A stretch of DNA of 64,000 bases. It comes from an uncultured Alphaproteobacteria bacterium (GTDB lineage: Bacteria > Pseudomonadota > Alphaproteobacteria > M2410). Below the pieces are notes generated by a model that saw only the letters and a program-made list of their open reading frames with translations, had not been told where the DNA came from and did no database searches. The number at the start of each line of letters is the position of its first letter. Position 1 is the first letter of the stretch. Positions 58,402-64,000 of the stretch are shown in pieces. The position numbers and the translations under genes are program-made. The stretch lies in contig CBFDBJ010000002.1 of the NCBI GenBank assembly GCA_965603015.1, positions 29,802 to 93,801 on the forward strand. Direction: 5' to 3'.

Positions 58402-59580
58402 CTAGCCATCCTCGCCGGACAACAAAACGCCTGATGCGACAAGACCGCTGATCTCGCCCTCGTCCATGGCAATCCAGTCCTTCAGCGCCGCAACATTGTG
58501 TTCGCCGCGGCGCGGCGCGCGCGACGCACTCGTAATGCCGCTTTTGGCATCCGAGAACCTGTAGGGTGACTGGGTCGTGCGCCGCTTTTTACCCTCGCTG
58601 TCCTCGACTTCGACAAAGACGCCGCGCGCCTCGATGCTTGGCTGGGCAAACGACTCTTCGCCAAAATCGCGCACATCGCCCCAGGCAATGTTGACCTCGT
58701 CGAGTTTTGCCTTCAGCGCCAGGGCGCTCGGGAAGCTCATAATGTGATCAGCGATTGTATCGTGCCGCAGCGCAATCTTGGTCTCAAGGTCGGCGCCTTC
58801 GGGCATCTCAACCGTGAGCCCGTCCCGGTTGGAAAACACGTGCCACAGCCATTTGATATCACCGGCCAGAAATATCCGTTTTCCCTCCGGCGCATCCCAG
58901 ACAAAGTTCTTGTTGTTCTGCGGCCAGACATCATCAAGCCCGTAATTGGCAAAATCATCAGTGGCATGCAAGGCGTTGAGCATCGCCATATCAATATGCT
59001 GCCCGGTGCCTGTCCGATCTGCCATTCTGAGGGCGGCAAAAACACCGACAAGGCCGTGCAGCGATGTGTAACTGTCGCCGAGCGAGAACTGGATATCCGT
59101 TGGATGTCCGCCGGCAACCTCGGCCTGACGCGCCTGGAGCCCCGTCTCGGCATGAAGGACGCCGGCATAGGCCGCCCGGTCGCGCTCCGGCCCGACCTGA
59201 CCGAAGCCGGAAATCGACAGCATCACCAGCTTCGGGTTGACGGCGCTCAGATCCTTCCAGCCAACGCCAAACCGATCCATGATCCCGGGCCGAAAATTCT
59301 CGACGACAACATCGGCCTCCGCCACAAGCTTGTGAACCAGGTCGCGCGCGCCCTCTGCTTTGAGATCGAGGCAAATATTGCGCTTGCCAATATTCTGCTG
59401 CAAATAATAGCCGGACATCTCGCCGCTTCTGAGGCCAAAGTGCCGGGTGGTATCGCCTTCCGGCGGCTCGATTTTCAAAACATCGGCGCCGAGGTCCGAC
59501 AACATGCGCGTCGCAAACGGCCCGGCCAGAACCCGTGAAAAATCAAGGACCTTAAGTCCGCTCAGTGGATAGTCTTGCAT
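58402..59580 (-). CDS. CaiB/BaiF family III CoA transferase
   Basis: DFSRVLAGP, DVVVENFRPG and SISGFGQ. Confidence 0.9.
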   Translation of the reverse strand: MQDYPLSGLKVLDFSRVLAGPFATRMLSDLGADVLKIEPPEGDTTRHFGLRSGEMSGYYLQQNIGKRNICLDLKAEGARDLVHKLVAEADVVVENFRPGIMDRFGVGWKDLSAVNPKLVMLSISGFGQVGPERDRAAYAGVLHAETGLQARQAEVAGGHPTDIQFSLGDSYTSLHGLVGVFAALRMADRTGTGQHIDMAMLNALHATDDFANYGLDDVWPQNNKNFVWDAPEGKRIFLAGDIKWLWHVFSNRDGLTVEMPEGADLETKIALRHDTIADHIMSFPSALALKAKLDEVNIAWGDVRDFGEESFAQPSIEARGVFVEVEDSEGKKRRTTQSPYRFSDAKSGITSASRAPRRGEHNVAALKDWIAMDEGEISGLVASGVLLSGEDG

Positions 59581-59670
59581 TGGTGACACCTTCCCTTGCC
59601 CCAAGAAAGACCACCCTGCGGCTCCGTGTCAACAACAGAACGCAGAACCTCCCAGGGGAAGGCGCAGGCC

Positions 59671-61068
59671 TCACCTTTCAATCGGCTGAAACCGGGCCTG
59701 GAAAAATCGCAGGTATTCAGGCTCGTAGATCATTTCAAGTCCACGGATTTCGGCCCGGCGCTCATAGACATCAAGGATCGTTTCTGCAACCACATCCATA
59801 TGCGCCTGGGTATAGACCCGCCGGGGCAACGTCAGCCGAACCAACTCCAGTTTCGGGTGGCGATTTTCACCGGTTTCCGGATCACGGCCCGCCGACACGT
59901 TGCCGCGCTCCATGGTGCGAATGCCCGCCTCCTTGTAGATCTCGGCCGCCAGCGCCTGCGCCGGATATGCGTCCTGATCGACGTGTGGCAGAAACGCCCG
60001 GGCGTCGATGAAGATCGCATGCGACCCGATCGGCTTCACAATAGGCACCCCGGCGCTTTCGAGCATTTCGCCCAGATAATAAACCTGCCCGATGCGCGCC
60101 GCCTGATGAGCTTCCTCGACACTCTCCCGGATCCCCTGGGCCATCGCCTCCATGTCCCGTCCGGCCAGCCCGCCATAGGTATGCAGACCCTCATAGACGA
60201 CCACAAGGTTTTGCGCCTTGAGATAGATCTCCTCACTATTACAAGCAAAGAACCCGCCAATATTGACCAGAGAATCTTTCTTGGCCGACATCGTGCAGCC
60301 GTCCGTCAGGTTGCAAATCTCAAGCAGGATCTGTTTGACACTCTTGTCGCCCCATCCCTCTTCGCGCTGCTTGATAAAGTAGGCGTTCTCCACCGTGCGC
60401 GTCGCATCAAGCATGATGAGAATGTCGTGCTTCCGGCAAAAGGCATGCAGGTCGTGCAGATTTTGCATCGAGAACGGCTGGCCGCCAGCCATGTTCACAT
60501 TGCCCTCCAGAGAGATATAGGGAATGTGATCGGCACCGACGTCACTGACCAGTTTTTCAAGCTTGCGCAGATCCACATTGCCCTTGAAGGGAAATGCGCT
60601 GCCCGGCACATGTGCCTCGTCAACAATGACGTCGACGAACTGGCCGCCGGAAAGTTCCTGGTGCAGCCGGGTCGTGGTAAAATACATGTTGCCTGGAATA
60701 AAATCCCCGTCCTTGATGAGAATTTGCGACATCAGATTTTCCGCACCGCGGCCCTGATGCGTCGGCACGAGATATTTGTAGCCGTAATGTTCCTGTACGG
60801 ACTCAACCAGATTGTAGAAATTCTCGCTGCCGGAATAAGCCTCATCGCCAAGCATCAGAGCGGCCCATTGCCGGTCACTCATGGCAGAGGTTCCACTATC
60901 GGTCAGAAGGTCAATGTAGACCTCCCGGCTGCGCAGCAGGAACGTATTGTAGCCGGCTTCCAACAGGGCGGCCTCGCGTTCCTCGCGGGTTGTCATGTGG
61001 AGGAGTTCAACGGTCTTGATCTTGTAGGGCTCGGCCCAGCTGCGCCGTACCCGTGCTGGATTGGTCAT
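59671..61068 (-). CDS. tpl: Tyrosine phenol-lyase
   Basis: DLLTDSGT, THQGRGAE, GNMYFTTTR, MSAKKD, MERG..SAGR and LRFFQARF (TPL-type rather than tryptophanase-type residues). Confidence 0.88.
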   Translation of the reverse strand: MTNPARVRRSWAEPYKIKTVELLHMTTREEREAALLEAGYNTFLLRSREVYIDLLTDSGTSAMSDRQWAALMLGDEAYSGSENFYNLVESVQEHYGYKYLVPTHQGRGAENLMSQILIKDGDFIPGNMYFTTTRLHQELSGGQFVDVIVDEAHVPGSAFPFKGNVDLRKLEKLVSDVGADHIPYISLEGNVNMAGGQPFSMQNLHDLHAFCRKHDILIMLDATRTVENAYFIKQREEGWGDKSVKQILLEICNLTDGCTMSAKKDSLVNIGGFFACNSEEIYLKAQNLVVVYEGLHTYGGLAGRDMEAMAQGIRESVEEAHQAARIGQVYYLGEMLESAGVPIVKPIGSHAIFIDARAFLPHVDQDAYPAQALAAEIYKEAGIRTMERGNVSAGRDPETGENRHPKLELVRLTLPRRVYTQAHMDVVAETILDVYERRAEIRGLEMIYEPEYLRFFQARFQPIER

Positions 61069-61213
61069 TTTCGTCTCGCTTTGCGGATCAGTTTGTGGTC
61101 AACACCGCAAATAGATTATTGCAAGGTAACTGAGGTTTCAGTTCTCATTACTTGTTTTCAGGAGAAATACTGGATAATATCTTCCAGATATCTCTCTAAT
61201 CTGGAACAAAGCT

Positions 61214-61690
61214 GTGTCACTAAAATTGACAAGATCCGACCTGCTGCTGCTCGATGCCCTGCAGTGCGATGCCTCAAAATCTCAACAGGAGCTCGCCGAT
61301 ATCGCCGGCATTTCGAAAACCTCATGCTGGCGCCGCATTCGAGAACTGGAAGACGAAGGGATCATTGCCAAACGGACCGTTCTGCTTGATCCGGAGAAAC
61401 TTGACCTGACCGTGCAGGTGCTGGTCAGCGTCTCCATGGTCGCCCATGAAGACTCTGTCCGCCAGGCCTTCGAGACTCATGTCGAGGAGCTGGGCGAGGT
61501 CACGGAATGTTATTCAATATCCGGCGACTGGGATTACATCCTCCACGTCGTCACGGACAGCATCGCGTCCTACAATCAGTTCCTCAACAAATGCCTGCTG
61601 GGGCATAAATCGGTCAGGTCCGCAAGCTCAAGCTTCTCACTGCGGCAAGTCAAATACACAACCCGCCTGCCGGTCCGAATGCATTTGTAA
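61214..61690 (+). CDS. Lrp/AsnC family regulator, divergent from tpl
   Basis: ELADIAGISKTSCWRRIRELE and ECYSISGDWDY. Confidence 0.92.
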   Translation: MSLKLTRSDLLLLDALQCDASKSQQELADIAGISKTSCWRRIRELEDEGIIAKRTVLLDPEKLDLTVQVLVSVSMVAHEDSVRQAFETHVEELGEVTECYSISGDWDYILHVVTDSIASYNQFLNKCLLGHKSVRSASSSFSLRQVKYTTRLPVRMHL

Positions 61691-61764
61691 AATCTATCCG
61701 TAGACGGCGTGCTTCGGACGCGCCCGGACCGAATTCAAATGAGACAAGAACTGGCAGAACCGCC

Positions 61765-61797
61765 AAAAGAAAAAGGGGCCGCCGGAACGGCGACCCC
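61765..61797 (-). terminator. Rho-independent terminator of the PEP-CTERM gene
   Basis: Minus strand GGGGTCGCCG-TTC-CGGCGGCCCC-TTTTT. Confidence 0.75.
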
Positions 61798-61825
61798 AAA
61801 TCTGGAATAGTCTCGAAGAAGCGGC

Positions 61826-62482
61826 TTAGACAGAACGCCGACGCCGTGTCACACCCAGACCGAAAAGGCCCAGACCGAAAAGGCCAAGAATGCCCGGTTC
61901 AGGAACCGTTCCGCCGTAAGTGATGTTGTCAATGCCGTAGACGTCATTGGCAAGGCCAACAAACGTTACGGTCGTGAAGGCCGCATCGGAAATAAAGCCA
62001 AAGAAGGAGTTCAAGCCTGATGATGCACCAATGGCCGGCACAATAAGAATGCCATCAACATAAACTTGAGTTCGTGCAGAACTGTCATTGAAACTTTTGA
62101 AGTCTGCTCCAAAGGACGTGATTGCATCTCCAAAGGTAAAGACAAGAGTCGCCGCCGGCGAATTATCTGTGAAAACCCTCATGTTCACTGTGCCGTTGAC
62201 ATCGGACTCAGATGAATCAGCCACAACGTCAATCATGTTATAGCCGGAAGTACTTGGCGTGCCAGTCATTGAAATTACAAAGTCACCGGCATCCACAGCA
62301 GCCGTATGAAACGGGACATCTGCCACGTAGCTGTTAAAGTCCTCGATAGTGTAAGGTGCTGCTGCTGCTTCAAAAAGAGCGCGATTGTCATAACCAACCA
62401 ACGCGGCATTCGCCGGCAGGCTCATCAGTCCGGTCAAGGCAACGAGACCGATGGAAAAAAGTGATACGGACGCACGGGACAT
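61826..62482 (-). CDS. PEP-CTERM sorting domain protein
   Basis: Signal peptide PANAA and C-terminal VPEPGILGLFGLGLFGLGVTRRRR. Confidence 0.92.
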   Translation of the reverse strand: MSRASVSLFSIGLVALTGLMSLPANAALVGYDNRALFEAAAAPYTIEDFNSYVADVPFHTAAVDAGDFVISMTGTPSTSGYNMIDVVADSSESDVNGTVNMRVFTDNSPAATLVFTFGDAITSFGADFKSFNDSSARTQVYVDGILIVPAIGASSGLNSFFGFISDAAFTTVTFVGLANDVYGIDNITYGGTVPEPGILGLFGLGLFGLGVTRRRRSV

Positions 62483-62539
62483 GAAAGTATTCCTTGAAAT
62501 TGATGGTTCGAAGATAATTCTTATAATCATTACGAACCT

Positions 62540-62555
62540 AGCAAGTGTTGCGCCA
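62540..62555 (-). promoter_or_regulatory. Sigma54 -24/-12 promoter of the PEP-CTERM gene
   Basis: Minus strand TGGCGCAACACTTGCT (GG-N10-GC). Confidence 0.75.
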
Positions 62556-62617
62556 CACAGAATAGCGCAGTAAAATCAAGGTGTTAACTTTCTGAGCCCA
62601 TAGACGTTGCACCAAAG

Positions 62618-62634
62618 CGTAAAGAATCCTGACG
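62618..62634. promoter_or_regulatory. PEP-CTERM (PrsR-type) enhancer-like box
   Basis: CGTAAAGAATCCTGACG, about 65 bp upstream of the sigma54 site; resembles TGTAAA...GACA boxes. Confidence 0.55.
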
Positions 62635-62708
62635 TTTTTAGGTATGGCTGAGAGATTTCAAGGAATTAAACCATGCGATAAACAGGTTTGCTGCGGGGCT
62701 GTATGTTC

Positions 62709-62763
62709 TGGTGGAGCCAGACAGGATCGAGCCCGCCTGAAATGCAACGCATTTCGAGCCGCC
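62709..62763 (-). repeat. tRNA-Ala 3' fragment plus hairpin; second copy of the 48024-48078 motif
   Basis: TGGTGGAGCCAGACAGGATCGAGCCCGCCTGAAATGCAACGCATTTCGAGCCGCC. Confidence 0.75.
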
Positions 62764-62843
62764 ACGATGTTACCTGGAGATGTTCAGTGCTTTTGAAAGA
62801 TCTGGTGGTGGATGCAGTCTGGAGCGAACCCGTCTCCGCCGGA

Positions 62844-63011
62844 TTTCCCTGATAAACAGGGATTTACAGGGAAGATTCGCAGTTTTGGTCGGATTCCATT
62901 GAAATTTCCGCGATTAGTGCAGCAAGAACAGTGGCTTGCAGGAAAATTCCCTGAAAAGATAACAGGGAACTTTATTCAGCTAACAGGGAAATAATTCTGC
63001 AGAACAGGGAA
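62844..63011. repeat. ACAGGGA/TTCCCTG repeat cluster
   Basis: AACAGGGAA at 62961, 62982 and 63003 (21-bp period); ACAGGGA at 62856 and 62866; inverted TTCCCTG at 62845 and 62947. Confidence 0.75.
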
Positions 63012-63104
63012 AATCTCTTGAAGATCAGGCAATCCTGCAATTTCGATCCCGACTTCTACTTTGACTTCCTTGATTAAGTTATCATTTACTGATAACACTG
63101 CAGT

Positions 63105-63479
63105 ATGAGCAGGCAGATCAGAGATCCGAACCTGGATACCCTCCTCGACCTTGACGGGCAGATTCTGGTGAACGATCCAACCGGAAAGCACTGGGTCAAA
63201 TTCGAGGTGCGATCCGTTGAGCCGTCGGAGGACCGACCTCACGGGCTTGATTACTCACTGACGCTGCACGGCAAGGACGGGGAACGCCTTGCCGGTTTTG
63301 ACAATGCTCATGCGGTCAAGGCAGGCAGTGGCCCGGGCGCAAAGAGACGAACAGAGAAGGACCACAAGCACCGTTTTCGAACCATCAAGCCCTATGACTA
63401 TGAGGATGCAGGCAAGCTGATGGAGGACTTTTGGAACGAAGTGGATAAAGTGTTGAAGGAAAGAGGAGTAAACCTGTGA
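63105..63479 (+). CDS. Putative toxin (DUF6516/TumE-like)
   Basis: RPHGLDYSLTLH...GFDNAH...DHKH, overlapping the downstream HTH gene. Confidence 0.7.
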   Translation: MSRQIRDPNLDTLLDLDGQILVNDPTGKHWVKFEVRSVEPSEDRPHGLDYSLTLHGKDGERLAGFDNAHAVKAGSGPGAKRRTEKDHKHRFRTIKPYDYEDAGKLMEDFWNEVDKVLKERGVNL

Positions 63480-63853
63480 CAACGTTGAAAGTCGGGATTG
63501 CCGATTACAAGCAGATGAAAGCACGCAGTATTGCGATTGCCCGCGGGACCTACAAGCCCAGGCGAGGTGAACCCAAAGTCTGGTTCACTTCTATGGACAG
63601 CGTTGCAAAAGTTTTGTCGGACCGCAACAGGGATCTTCTGGCTCTCATCGCAGAGACCAAACCTGAGTCGCTGACGGAGCTTGCCGAACTCACCGGTCGG
63701 GAGAAATCCAACCTGTCTCGAACCCTGAAAACCATGGAGCGATATGGTCTGGTAGAACTCAAAAAAGGCGAACGGGGTCGGCTCAAGCCACGAGTGGACT
63801 ATACCGATATCAAGCTTGATCTGAGTTTAAAACCGGACGCCTTTGCCGCCTGA
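63476..63853 (+). CDS. Putative HTH antitoxin (HVO_A0114-like)
   Basis: WFTSMDSVAKVLS...PESLTELAELTGREKSNLSRTLKTMERYGLV; GTGA overlap. Confidence 0.75.
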   Translation: MTTLKVGIADYKQMKARSIAIARGTYKPRRGEPKVWFTSMDSVAKVLSDRNRDLLALIAETKPESLTELAELTGREKSNLSRTLKTMERYGLVELKKGERGRLKPRVDYTDIKLDLSLKPDAFAA

Positions 63854-63943
63854 GACTATCAATGCCGGACTATCCGCGCGGCGATTGACTTTTATTTGAC
63901 GCACATGCAACTGTCAATTTCGAGATCATAAAAGAGGTTTCAT

Positions 63944-64000
63944 ATGTCGTTTGGAGATGACGTTCTTCAAGCCAGACTGGCCAAGCTCGAGACTCTATTC
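63944..64000 (+). CDS. Start of a hypothetical protein, truncated by the window end
   Basis: AAGAGG RBS, then MSFGDDVLQARLAKLETLF. Confidence 0.4.
   Translation, partial: MSFGDDVLQARLAKLETLF

Larger units (their letters stand above)
62709..64000. mobile_element. Probable left edge of a second integrated element
   Basis: tRNA-end fragment, a second TGGTGG...CGAACC motif (62803-62830), clustered ACAGGGA repeats and a TA-like gene pair. Confidence 0.55.

Noticed and set aside
59596-61389. 597-aa ORF on the + strand
   Set aside because: It is the antisense shadow of tpl, has no recognisable motifs, and is expected from high-GC codon bias.
48024-62763. A 14.7-kb island bounded by the two tRNA-Ala-like direct repeats
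   Set aside because: The intact tRNA lies inside the interval, the two tRNA fragments match different isoacceptors, and no integrase is present.
62844-63011. Possible CRISPR array
   Set aside because: Repeats are only 9 bp with 12-bp gaps, and there are no cas genes.

Overview
This is an alphaproteobacterial chromosome window with three zones. (1) Positions 1-12818 are the right part of a visibly more AT-rich integrative element. It ends at a duplicated 3' end of tRNA-Leu. It carries two VirD4/TraD-like ATPases, a replication-relaxation protein, DUF3768, an XRE HTH, a degenerate RuvC-like protein, AlpA, and a type I restriction-modification operon with an Abi_C/HEPN-like gene coupled between hsdS and hsdR. 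(2) Positions 12.9-23.2 kb are core genes: rnd-kdsD-lptCAB-rpoN-hpf-ptsN, hsp20 with a ROSE thermometer, and a pabB-pabC fusion. kdsD apparently starts at ATT. (3) Positions 23-64 kb are accessory and metabolic genes. These include a SARP/TPR regulator flanked by identically phased heptamer boxes, a dsrE-cysK::glutaredoxin-PLP decarboxylase operon, sulfatase, GST, nfeD-slipin, msrB/msrA, gabD, an octaheme cytochrome-TPR protein, tRNA-Ala(CGC) with a 101-bp tRNA-linked mini-insert, a TonB receptor/RpiR locus, tyrosine phenol-lyase, and a sigma54-driven PEP-CTERM gene. The left edge of a second mobile element (tRNA-Ala fragment, 21-bp phased repeats, toxin-antitoxin pair) lies at the far right. 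No CRISPR array or rRNA was seen. All calls come from reading motifs by eye, with no database searches.
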